Shown here piece after piece: positions 49,592 to 58,545 of a stretch of 64,000 bases of DNA (position 1 is the stretch's first letter; each line of letters starts with the position of its first letter). Position numbers and translations under genes: made by a program. The DNA lies in the NCBI GenBank assembly GCA_002477825.1, contig DLKT01000060.1, forward strand, positions 16,616-80,615, read 5' to 3'. This DNA is from Bacillales bacterium UBA7581 (GTDB lineage Bacteria > Bacillota_I > Bacilli_A > RFN20 > CAG-826). Below the pieces are notes generated by a model. That model was given only the letters and a program-made list of their open reading frames with translations, searched no databases and was not told the DNA's origin.

Positions 49592-50359
49592 TTACTTCAA
49601 TTCAATCAATAATTCGGTAGATTTTCCTTTGGTGACTAAGAATTTTTCCGCATTAAAGAAATCTTGTGCTTTACGAACATGATAGTTTTTATAGTTAAAA
49701 TCAGGGAAGTTCTGATAGACTTTTTGCATTAATTGGCTCATAGGGTAAGGGCCATTGATGCTCTCTAAAATTTTAACTGCAAATTCTTCTACTTCTTCTC
49801 GAGTAGGAGAAACAATGACTGTTTCTTCTTCTGCTTTCTTCGTTGAAGCTTTACTACCTTTTTTCTTCTTTTTCTTCGCTTTTGTTACTTTATTCGCTGT
49901 TTCTTTTTCAAGATTTTCTTTTCCAAGAAGATCTTCTAAATAAAAGAAACGGTCACAAGCTTTTACGAAAGAAGAGGCGGTTTTCTTTTCTCCTGCTCCA
50001 ATAACGAAGATGTTGGATTCTTTTAATCTCTTCACTAGTCCCGTATAGTCACTATCGGAAGACATAATACAGAAAGCATCGACATTACCAGAATATAAAA
50101 TATCCATAGCATCAATAATGAGTTTAGAATCCGATGCATTTTTTCCTGTCGTATAGCAATATTGTTGAATCGGTGTAATCGCATAATCGTTCACTAACGT
50201 TTTCCAGCTATGGGAAGTATTACTCGTAAAGTCACCATACATACGGAAATACGTTACTTTTCCTAATACGTTTAATTCTTCTTTTAACGCTGTTAAATAT
50301 TTACCAGAAACGTTTTCGGTATCAATTAAAAGCGCAATTGTATAATCATAATTTTCCAT
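49592..50359 (-). CDS. NYN (PIN-like) domain protein with a C-terminal OST-HTH/LOTUS domain
   Basis: N-terminus MENYDYTIALLIDTENVSGKYL...VTYFRMYGDF (LabA/NYN). Lys-rich linker. C-terminus EEFAVKILESINGPYPMSQLMQKVYQNFPDFNYKNYHVRK (LOTUS-like). Confidence 0.55.
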   Translation of the reverse strand: MENYDYTIALLIDTENVSGKYLTALKEELNVLGKVTYFRMYGDFTSNTSHSWKTLVNDYAITPIQQYCYTTGKNASDSKLIIDAMDILYSGNVDAFCIMSSDSDYTGLVKRLKESNIFVIGAGEKKTASSFVKACDRFFYLEDLLGKENLEKETANKVTKAKKKKKKGSKASTKKAEEETVIVSPTREEVEEFAVKILESINGPYPMSQLMQKVYQNFPDFNYKNYHVRKAQDFFNAEKFLVTKGKSTELLIELK

Positions 50360-50371
50360 GATTTTCTCCCT

Positions 50372-52147
50372 TTATTCATTTTCAAATTGGAGGCGATATA
50401 AATTATAATAATATCCTTTTTCTTTTAATAAGGCTTGATGAGTGCCTTCTTCAATAATTTTTCCGTTTTGTAAAACAATAATTTTATCCGCATGTTGAAT
50501 CGTGCTTAAACGGTGTGCCACGATTAACATCGTACCCATATTCATCATTTTTTCTAATGATTGTTGGATTAATAACTCGGTTTCTGTATCGATATTCGCG
50601 GTAGCTTCATCTAATATGAGCATCTTTGGCTCATGAACCATCGTACGAGCAAACGATAAAAGCTGACGTTGACCAATCGAGAAGTTACTTCCTTTTTCTA
50701 ATACAGGTTCATCATATTTTAATGGTAATTTTTCAATAAATTGATTAGCACCAACAAAGGAAGCGGCTTTTTCAATCTTATCATTTGGAATATCATCATC
50801 GCGAAGTGAGATATTCGAGCGAATGGTTCCACTAAATAAGAAGACATCTTGTAACATTTGTCCAATTTGTTTTCTTAAACTTTGAATCTTCACTTTTTTA
50901 ATATCAATTCCATCAATGTAAATTGTACCTTTTTGTACATCATAGTTTCTCGTTAATAAAGATAAAATCGTAGTCTTTCCTGCTCCGGTAGCGCCCACAA
51001 ACGCAACCGTTTCACCGGCTTTGATGGTAAAGCTAACATCTCTTAAAATCCAGTTTTCTTCTTCATAAGCAAACCAAACGTGGTCAAATTGAATGTCTCC
51101 ATGAATCGGTGGCATTTCAATCGCATCTTTATCATCTTCATAGGATGGCTTTAAATCTAAAAGTAAGAATAGACGCTCACTCGCAGCAAAGGCTTGTTGA
51201 AGTCCGTTGACTTGGTCCGCTAAAGTTTGAATGGGTCCAAAGAATCTTCCTACGCATTCATAGAAAGACCAAATCACTTGTACACCCGTTTCCGTTGTTC
51301 CTAATTCGAGTTGATAAATGCTTACATAAATTAACGTAGCAATCGCACCAAAATATAAGAAAGAGATAATCGGTCTAAAGATAGCAAAAATAATATTTTG
51401 TTTCGACCTTGCTTTTACGACTTCTTCATTGACTTGAATGAATTCGTTTTCTTTTCTCTTTTCTTGGTGGAAAATTTGCGTGATTTTCATACCCGAAAGA
51501 TTTTCATTTAAGAAAGCATTCATAGAGGTGATGCTATGACGCACTCTCCGATAAGCTTTTTTTGAAAGGACGCGGTAAGCATAAGATAAGCCTCCTACCA
51601 CTGGAACAAAGATAAGCATATAAAGCGCTAATTGATAATTTAACGCTAGCATCATGGCAAATATGCCGAATAGCGAAAGAATGTTCTTTAAAAGATTAAT
51701 TAAAATATTCGTATAAAGATCATTAATCGCATTCGTATCACTTGTAACACGTGATACGAGTTTACCAATCGGTATACCATTAATTTGATCAATGGATAAC
51801 GATTCAATATGATGAAACACATCTTCTCTTAATTGATATACGATGGATTGCCCTGCTTTTTGTAAAATCATCGTTTCAAAATACATAAAGAATAAGCTAG
51901 TTAAAATGGAACCTAAGTAACCTATCGATAAAGCAAGAATAGTCAGATATTTCGTATTTTCAGGATGCGACAATTTACCAATAATTAATCCGGATAAATA
52001 AGGCACCATGAGCTCTAAAGCAATCACAAAAAGCATATAGATAATGGCTAAGATAAACTTCTTTTTATGGGGACGAATATAGGTAAGCGTGCGACGAATA
52101 ATTTCACTATCTTTCATCGTGCGTTCTTTTTTTACATCATTCATCAT
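50372..52147 (-). CDS. ABC exporter, fused TMD-NBD half-transporter (subunit B of a heterodimeric multidrug/lipid exporter)
   Basis: Six N-terminal TM segments. Walker A GATGAGKTT, signature FSIGQRQLLSFART (degenerate), Walker B LILDEATANID. Confidence 0.8.
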   Translation of the reverse strand: MMNDVKKERTMKDSEIIRRTLTYIRPHKKKFILAIIYMLFVIALELMVPYLSGLIIGKLSHPENTKYLTILALSIGYLGSILTSLFFMYFETMILQKAGQSIVYQLREDVFHHIESLSIDQINGIPIGKLVSRVTSDTNAINDLYTNILINLLKNILSLFGIFAMMLALNYQLALYMLIFVPVVGGLSYAYRVLSKKAYRRVRHSITSMNAFLNENLSGMKITQIFHQEKRKENEFIQVNEEVVKARSKQNIIFAIFRPIISFLYFGAIATLIYVSIYQLELGTTETGVQVIWSFYECVGRFFGPIQTLADQVNGLQQAFAASERLFLLLDLKPSYEDDKDAIEMPPIHGDIQFDHVWFAYEEENWILRDVSFTIKAGETVAFVGATGAGKTTILSLLTRNYDVQKGTIYIDGIDIKKVKIQSLRKQIGQMLQDVFLFSGTIRSNISLRDDDIPNDKIEKAASFVGANQFIEKLPLKYDEPVLEKGSNFSIGQRQLLSFARTMVHEPKMLILDEATANIDTETELLIQQSLEKMMNMGTMLIVAHRLSTIQHADKIIVLQNGKIIEEGTHQALLKEKGYYYNLYRLQFENE

Positions 52148-53895
52148 TATCGCTCCTCCATTTCTTTTTCTAATTCTTGGAGTTCGACCATTCTTCGATA
52201 TGTTTTGGAGGTTTCCATTAAAGTATCATGATCCGCAAAAGCTTCAATTTTTCCGTGGCGTAAAACTAAAATGCGATGGGCATGACGAACCGTAGAAACA
52301 CGTGACGCTACAATAATCGTCGTTTTGCCTTTTCTTTCTTCTTCAATATGACGAAGTATTTGTTCTTCGGTTTTCACGTCAACAGCGGAAACAACATCAT
52401 CTAAAATTAAAATCGTTGGATCTTTAATGACCGCACGCGCTAAAGCAATTCTTTGCTTTTGTCCACCGGATAAAGTTACACCTCTTTCTCCAGAAACCGT
52501 TTGATAGCCTTCTGGAAAACTTAAAATGTTTTCTTCAACTTCTGCAAAACGCGCTGCTTTTGATATTTCTTCTTCACTTGCATCCATTTTTCCAAATGAA
52601 ATATGGCTCGCAATCGTACCTGAAAAAAGGAATTGATCTTGCGGAACATATCCGATATCTTTTCTGATGACATCTAAAGAGATATCCATGATATCATGTG
52701 CATCAAAGAACAATTGATCTTTATCCACGTTATATAGACGTAATAAAAGTTGGACGAGGGTGGTTTTTCCACTTCCAATTTTTCCAACGATACCAATCGT
52801 TTCTCCTTTTTCAATGTGTAAAGAAATATCTTTTAAAGTAGGTTCAAGAGAACCGGGGTAAGAAAAATATAAGTGCTTCATGGTAATTTCACCTTGTAAC
52901 GGTTCTTGAAGCGCTCCTGGCGCATCCACAATTTCTGGTTTTTCTTCTAATAATTTAGCAATACGATTCAAACTTGCATTGCCTCTACTTCTTAAATTAA
53001 TGATTTGCGCAAGGGCAAGCATCGGCCAAATAATCGTGGTGAAATAGCCAGAGAATTCAGTTACATCTCCGGCATTAAAGTTTTGACCATTGATGACATA
53101 ATAGCCACCAATTGCCATAATTAAAGCCCCAATGGTATAAATTAATAAGTCAATCAAAATATCTAAAATTACGCCATACCGGACATAAGCAATGTTGGCT
53201 TTTTTAATATCTTGATTTCGATAAGAAAAAGAACGAAATTCTTGTACTTCTTTAACAAAGGCTTTAATAACCGAAATACCAGTGAAATTTTCTTGGGTAA
53301 AGTCACTTAATCTTTCATATGCTTCTTGGCACTCTTTTTGGCGTAGCTCCATTGCTTTTCCCACTACCCCACCTAAAGCCACTAGAACTAAAAGTGGAAT
53401 CGTTGCAACAATACTAAGCTTCCAATTCGATAAAAACATTTTTACAAATGCCATCCCTCCCAAGAAAAATGCATCTATCGTAAAGATTGTGCCATCGGAG
53501 ACCACTTGGGATATCATTTCTAAGTCGTTAGTAAAAAGCGCCATCAATGCTCCGACTTTTTGCTCTTGAAAATATCGTAAAGATAACTTTTCTGCATGCA
53601 AAAACATTTCTTGACGAAGGTCCGCCTCCACACGAAAACCTGCGCGTAAAATGGTAAGTCGCCACACAAACCGACCCAGAAAGATAAAAAATCCTATGAG
53701 TAATATATAAACCACTGGTTTCCATATCATTTCACTAGTAAATGTTCCTGTTACTTTTAATTGATTAATCAAATCTCCTAGAATTTCTGGCACCATTAAT
53801 TGCGCGTAATCGACTAAAATTAAGGCTAAAATTCCAGCAAGAAAAAGATACCAATATTTTTTATAGTAACGATTAATCCATTTACCAAAAATCAT
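52147..53895 (-). CDS. ABC exporter, fused TMD-NBD half-transporter (subunit A)
   Basis: Walker A GKIGSGKTT, canonical signature LSGGQKQRIALARA, Walker B LILDDVVSAVD. One-base overlap with the partner gene. Confidence 0.8.
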   Translation of the reverse strand: MIFGKWINRYYKKYWYLFLAGILALILVDYAQLMVPEILGDLINQLKVTGTFTSEMIWKPVVYILLIGFFIFLGRFVWRLTILRAGFRVEADLRQEMFLHAEKLSLRYFQEQKVGALMALFTNDLEMISQVVSDGTIFTIDAFFLGGMAFVKMFLSNWKLSIVATIPLLVLVALGGVVGKAMELRQKECQEAYERLSDFTQENFTGISVIKAFVKEVQEFRSFSYRNQDIKKANIAYVRYGVILDILIDLLIYTIGALIMAIGGYYVINGQNFNAGDVTEFSGYFTTIIWPMLALAQIINLRSRGNASLNRIAKLLEEKPEIVDAPGALQEPLQGEITMKHLYFSYPGSLEPTLKDISLHIEKGETIGIVGKIGSGKTTLVQLLLRLYNVDKDQLFFDAHDIMDISLDVIRKDIGYVPQDQFLFSGTIASHISFGKMDASEEEISKAARFAEVEENILSFPEGYQTVSGERGVTLSGGQKQRIALARAVIKDPTILILDDVVSAVDVKTEEQILRHIEEERKGKTTIIVASRVSTVRHAHRILVLRHGKIEAFADHDTLMETSKTYRRMVELQELEKEMEER

Positions 53896-54042
53896 AGTGT
53901 TCTCCTTTCTAGCAATATAAGTATTATACCAAAGTTTTCTTTGTTTTTTTCTTTAAATTGTATTCTTCTCTTTTTTAGGAATAATTTCTTTAAAACATAT
54001 TTGTTTTAATGTATGATTGTTGTGTATAAAGGAGGGCTGAAT

Positions 54043-54891
54043 ATGGAACCAAATAACCTAGTGCCCAACAATAATCAAGAAGAAAGTATGTATGTTGAAG
54101 TCGATAAAAATAAAAAATATTATCTTGTCGGATCAACCAATAAAAAAGACTCTATTTTGTTTAGATTATACTTTTTTATTTACATCATTTTAATTGCACT
54201 TTCCGTTGTTCTAGCTTTTGAATTAAAAAATGCGTTAGTGTGTATCATTCCCATCATTGTACTTTTTTCGCTCTATATTCTTTTTTTCGCAATCAAAGTA
54301 AAAAAAGATGAACAATATTTTCTGGATTTTATGAATGATCTTGATTATGAAAAATTAGAAAGAAATGTTTTAAATCTTCTTAGTAATGAAAAGATTCACC
54401 CCGAAACCAAAAATTATTATCTAATGAGACTCGTTACTTTTTCACCAAGTTATAGTAAGGAAAAGTATTTAGAATATGGAAATCAAGTGAAATGTCCTAA
54501 AAATAAATCTTATCAAATCAATTATGATCTGTTATCTTTTTCCAATAATATGACACTTGAAGAATTAGATCAACTTTATCATTTTTTGTCCGAGAAATAT
54601 AAGAAAAACCGACAAGTTTATAAAGCAATCCAATTAGAATATAAAATTCAAAAAGCCGTAATGCTCGGCGCTTCAGAAGAACCTATTGATCAATTACTTC
54701 AATCCGTTGGAAAAACAAACTATCAATGCGCTGTCCGAACTTATTTGTACGCTTTCTATTATGCGAACGCCCATGACAAGGAAAAATTCCAAAAATATTA
54801 CAATGATTTTATGAATCAATACGTTGTTTTAAAAGGGCTTGTTGAGAAATTAAACACTTTAAAAGAAGAAATAGAAAAAGAATCATTATAG
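54043..54891 (+). CDS. Hypothetical membrane protein (two TM helices plus a cytoplasmic helical domain)
   Basis: RBS AAGGAGGG 7 nt upstream of the ATG at 54043. TM segments LYFFIYIILIALSVVLAF and LVCIIPIIVLFSLYILFFAI. No known motif. Confidence 0.45.
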   Translation: MEPNNLVPNNNQEESMYVEVDKNKKYYLVGSTNKKDSILFRLYFFIYIILIALSVVLAFELKNALVCIIPIIVLFSLYILFFAIKVKKDEQYFLDFMNDLDYEKLERNVLNLLSNEKIHPETKNYYLMRLVTFSPSYSKEKYLEYGNQVKCPKNKSYQINYDLLSFSNNMTLEELDQLYHFLSEKYKKNRQVYKAIQLEYKIQKAVMLGASEEPIDQLLQSVGKTNYQCAVRTYLYAFYYANAHDKEKFQKYYNDFMNQYVVLKGLVEKLNTLKEEIEKESL

Positions 54892-54962
54892 ATTTTTTAA
54901 ATCATTCTAACGTTTCATTTTATCTTTATGATAAAATATAAAGTAACAAAGGAGTTGATATT

Positions 54963-56816
54963 ATGGCCACCGATTTATTAGAGCCACTATCCCTATATAA
55001 CAAAACATTAAAAAATGAGTTTCATCAACACGCTGAAGATTATTTCGATGAACTGATTCAAAAATCACAAGTAGATGTGGAAGGAAATAAGCTTACCGTA
55101 AAAGCTTATAAAGATGCTTTAGCAAAATTAGAAGTTGCTAAAAAGAAAATGTCAAAAACTCGTTCTTTAAAAGTTTTTCTCATTATTTTAACGGTTATCT
55201 TCTTTATTGTAACATTTATCTTTGCTTATTCTGCATTTACAACACCCGTTGTCTCTTTAATGGTAGATCTCATTATTGCCATCGCATCTTTGGGACTTGC
55301 TATTCTCATGATTGTTTTGTTGGCTAAAAAAATTAAGAAAAAATTAAAAGACCAACAAGCTGTCATTGATGAACTTACCAATACAGCCAATCAACGTTTA
55401 GCAGAAGCACAAGCACAAATGGCTTGTTTGAATCGAATTTTTGACTGGAACGCCCATGCTGAAATTGTTAAAAGGACGACAGATGTCTTAAAAATCGATC
55501 GTTACTTTGACGTTCAACGCTACCACTATTTACAAGAAAACTATGGTTTAGAAGACGAATTAGATGAACATATCTCCACCGATATGATTATGTCGGGTGA
55601 AATCGTCAAGAATCCTTTCTTGCTCGTTAGACAAGTAAAACAAACCATGGGTTCTAAAACTTATTATGGTACTTTAACCATTAGTTGGACCGAAACCGTA
55701 CGCGATTCTAATGGCAAGTCACATACTGTCACTAGAACACAAACCTTACATGCTTCCGTAATTAAACCAATTCCAGTTTATAATTACAACACTTTCCTCG
55801 TTTATGGAAATGAAGCAGCAAAGGATTTACACTTTACTCGTTCTCCCTCAGGAGCATCTGGGTTAAGTGAAAAGCAAATTGATGCCAAAGTAAAAAAAGG
55901 CATGAAAGCCTTAACTAAAAAAGCAAAAAAAGATTTAGCAAAAGGAAATAGTGGCTTTACCGCTTTAGGCAATGAAGAGTTTGATGTATTATTTGGTGCC
56001 AAAGACCGTGATAATGAAGTAGAATTCCGTTTACTCTTTACTCCTCTTGCGCAAAAATCATTACTTGAATTAATAAAAAACAAAGAGCCTTATGGTGATG
56101 ATTTCTATTTTGTAAAAGATGGACCATTGAATTTCATTACTTCTGTCCACTCACAAAACCAAGATTATTATGGAAATCCTGCTCGCTATATTTCTTATGA
56201 CTTAGAGGAATCAAAGAAAGCTTTCATTAATTACAATGATAACTTATTACAAGGCTTATTCTTCGATTTAGCTCCTGTCCTTTGCATTCCTTTATATCAA
56301 CAACATGAACCCAATGCATTTAATCCATATCCAACGTATTCACAAAACTTTACTAGTTATGAAATGGAAGTTTTATCGAATGCATTTGATCCTGACATCT
56401 TCAAACATCCTGAAACAGCGACTCCAGTTATTCTAAAATCTAATTTCCAAGAAAAAGCAGGTCTTGCTGATACGACCGTTATTAAAGCTTTCTCATTTAG
56501 GACTGAAGATAGATTGGACTATGTCTCTGTTTATGGTGGAGATGGGCACTACCATAACGTACCTGTACCATGGGAAGAATATTTACCTATTGATTATGAA
56601 ACACCTATGGTCATCAAAGGTTTTGAAGGCTCACGTGAAGACTTTAATGATTTATTAAATACTGCCGAATTCCAAGGTTTTATGCAAAAATATGTACGTG
56701 ATTCGCATATCATTTATCAAAGAGGTTTAATAGCTTTTATTATGAGTTCTCTCTATACTACAAATGCAGATGAAGAATTGACGAACTTATTAAAAAAAGC
56801 TAAAATAAATAAGTAA
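54963..56816 (+). CDS. Hypothetical 617-aa protein with an N-terminal coiled coil, a TM hairpin (residues about 68-120) and a large C-terminal domain of unknown function
   Basis: TM stretches LKVFLIILTVIFFIVTFIFAY and LMVDLIIAIASLGLAILMIVLLA. No recognisable catalytic motif. Co-oriented and tightly spaced with the flanking genes. Confidence 0.45.
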   Translation: MATDLLEPLSLYNKTLKNEFHQHAEDYFDELIQKSQVDVEGNKLTVKAYKDALAKLEVAKKKMSKTRSLKVFLIILTVIFFIVTFIFAYSAFTTPVVSLMVDLIIAIASLGLAILMIVLLAKKIKKKLKDQQAVIDELTNTANQRLAEAQAQMACLNRIFDWNAHAEIVKRTTDVLKIDRYFDVQRYHYLQENYGLEDELDEHISTDMIMSGEIVKNPFLLVRQVKQTMGSKTYYGTLTISWTETVRDSNGKSHTVTRTQTLHASVIKPIPVYNYNTFLVYGNEAAKDLHFTRSPSGASGLSEKQIDAKVKKGMKALTKKAKKDLAKGNSGFTALGNEEFDVLFGAKDRDNEVEFRLLFTPLAQKSLLELIKNKEPYGDDFYFVKDGPLNFITSVHSQNQDYYGNPARYISYDLEESKKAFINYNDNLLQGLFFDLAPVLCIPLYQQHEPNAFNPYPTYSQNFTSYEMEVLSNAFDPDIFKHPETATPVILKSNFQEKAGLADTTVIKAFSFRTEDRLDYVSVYGGDGHYHNVPVPWEEYLPIDYETPMVIKGFEGSREDFNDLLNTAEFQGFMQKYVRDSHIIYQRGLIAFIMSSLYTTNADEELTNLLKKAKINK

Positions 56817-56835
56817 GAAAGGAATTAAAAAAACT

Positions 56836-57516
56836 ATGGCAAATGAATTAGACGAAGTGAATGGCCCAGTTAGCGAAGAAGGTCGCGACGTTGCGGTTAT
56901 TCAAAAACAAATCCCTGTAAAAGTGGGTTGGGGATCCACATTCTTCCAAGTCATCCTTTGGGTACTTGGTATTATTCCTGGCTTAATTTTCTTGATTATG
57001 AAAATTAAAGCTAAGACCTATTTACGTCAATTACAACAAAAGATTCAACATGACGCATCTCAAATCGACAACTATCTTGAACAACGCGTTGTTATCTTAT
57101 CTAACTGCGCAAAACTTCTTGATAAAGCCATTGATTTAGATAAAGACACCTATACCACTATCGCCGCTGCTCGTTCAGGTATTAATCCAAATGGTGATGC
57201 CTCTAACGATGAAGCAAGAAATGCATTAGGCGGAGCTGTTGATCGTTTATCCACTCAAATTCATCTCGCTTTTGAAAATTATCCAGATTTACAAGCACAT
57301 AAAGAATTAGAGAAAGCAATGCAACAAAACGATTATCTCCAACGTGAAATCACCGCTGCTCGTGAAGTTTATAACGACACTGTCAGCCGTTGGAACCAAG
57401 ACATCTTTGCTTGGCCAACCAAGATGATTGCCGCTGCTGAATTAGGATATACTACTCGTATTCCATTCTCTGCTTCTAAAGAAGTCAAAGATAAAGCAAG
57501 AGACGTTTTCTTCTAG
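56836..57516 (+). CDS. LemA family protein
   Basis: N-terminal TM FQVILWVLGIIPGLIFLIM. C-terminal LemA signature AAREVYNDTVSRWNQDIFAWPTKMIAAAELGYTTRIPFSA. Confidence 0.7.
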   Translation: MANELDEVNGPVSEEGRDVAVIQKQIPVKVGWGSTFFQVILWVLGIIPGLIFLIMKIKAKTYLRQLQQKIQHDASQIDNYLEQRVVILSNCAKLLDKAIDLDKDTYTTIAAARSGINPNGDASNDEARNALGGAVDRLSTQIHLAFENYPDLQAHKELEKAMQQNDYLQREITAAREVYNDTVSRWNQDIFAWPTKMIAAAELGYTTRIPFSASKEVKDKARDVFF

Positions 57517-57520
57517 AAAG

Positions 57521-57574
57521 AAAAATGAGCCATCTTCTCCAATGGAGGGATGGCTTTTTTGTTGCTCATTTTTT
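57521..57574. terminator. Bidirectional rho-independent terminator between LemA (+) and the AraC regulator (-)
   Basis: Nested inverted repeats AAAAATGAGC / GCTCATTTTTT and AGCCATC-N14-GATGGCT, flanked by T-runs on both strands. Confidence 0.65.
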
Positions 57575-58402
57575 CTTATATTTTGAAGGAGATAAATGCG
57601 AATACTTTTTAAATTGCTTCGAAAAGTATAAAGGATCATTAAAGCCAACAGAATACGCAACTTCTTGAACATTTAAGCGCCCAGATAATAGTAAAAGACG
57701 GGCTTTCTGCATGCGAATATCATATATATATCGCGTAATTGTAAATCCAGTTTGTTGTTTAAACACTCTTGAAAGATATGCTTCGTTCATAAAGAAATGT
57801 CGGGCGATAGAAGAAGTATTCAATGTAGATCTAGTGTAGTTTTCATTAATATATGCGCATATTCTTTTAACCACAGTTTTGGTTTCTTGTTGAATTTCTT
57901 TTTTACCATTATTTCGTCTTCTAATAATTTCAAATAATAATTGATTGACCTTTGCAATAGCGATTAAATCATTTGATATTTCATCCATATTTTCTAAAAG
58001 TGAGCAAAAAATATCTTTTAGTTTTCCATCCTCGTCATGAAAAACCGGCGTATCTTTTGTAAATCCAGCTTTTTGGAAAAGCGTTTGCGCTGCTGAACCA
58101 TTTACCTCTATCCATAAATAAGTCCATGGATCATTTTGATTAGGAGCATAGGCAATTTTAGTATCCACGGGAATGAAAAACATATCGTTCTCTTTAATTT
58201 CATATTCTTGCCCTTCAATCTTAAAATATCCTTTTCCTTTTAAGCAATAATGGATCACGAAATGACTTCTAACCAAAGGCCCGATAGCGCCTTTTTCTTT
58301 TTTGCATTGTTCGTAACCCGCTACAATGACATAAAACTCACTTAATGTATTATCTAATACATATTTATAATATAGTGATTCCGTTAAAAACTTATATTTC
58401 AT
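57566..58402 (-). CDS. AraC family transcriptional regulator (cupin sensor plus HTH)
   Basis: C-terminal AraC HTH ICAYINENYTRSTLNTSSIARHFFMNEAYLSRVFKQQTGFTITRYIYDIRMQKARLLL. The ORF extends to 58471. The ATG at 58402 is preferred (RBS GAGGAAACAAGG). Confidence 0.75.
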   Translation of the reverse strand: MKYKFLTESLYYKYVLDNTLSEFYVIVAGYEQCKKEKGAIGPLVRSHFVIHYCLKGKGYFKIEGQEYEIKENDMFFIPVDTKIAYAPNQNDPWTYLWIEVNGSAAQTLFQKAGFTKDTPVFHDEDGKLKDIFCSLLENMDEISNDLIAIAKVNQLLFEIIRRRNNGKKEIQQETKTVVKRICAYINENYTRSTLNTSSIARHFFMNEAYLSRVFKQQTGFTITRYIYDIRMQKARLLLLSGRLNVQEVAYSVGFNDPLYFSKQFKKYSHLSPSKYKKK

Positions 58403-58545
58403 CCTTGTTTCCTCGAATAAATTATCCATAATTTTTTTACTATTTTCAATTACTAAGTAAAAATTTTCCATATTGCAGTAAAATTACGCCATTAAATGTA
58501 ACCGCTTTTATTTTCTATAATGAAAATATGAAAGGAAATAATTAT

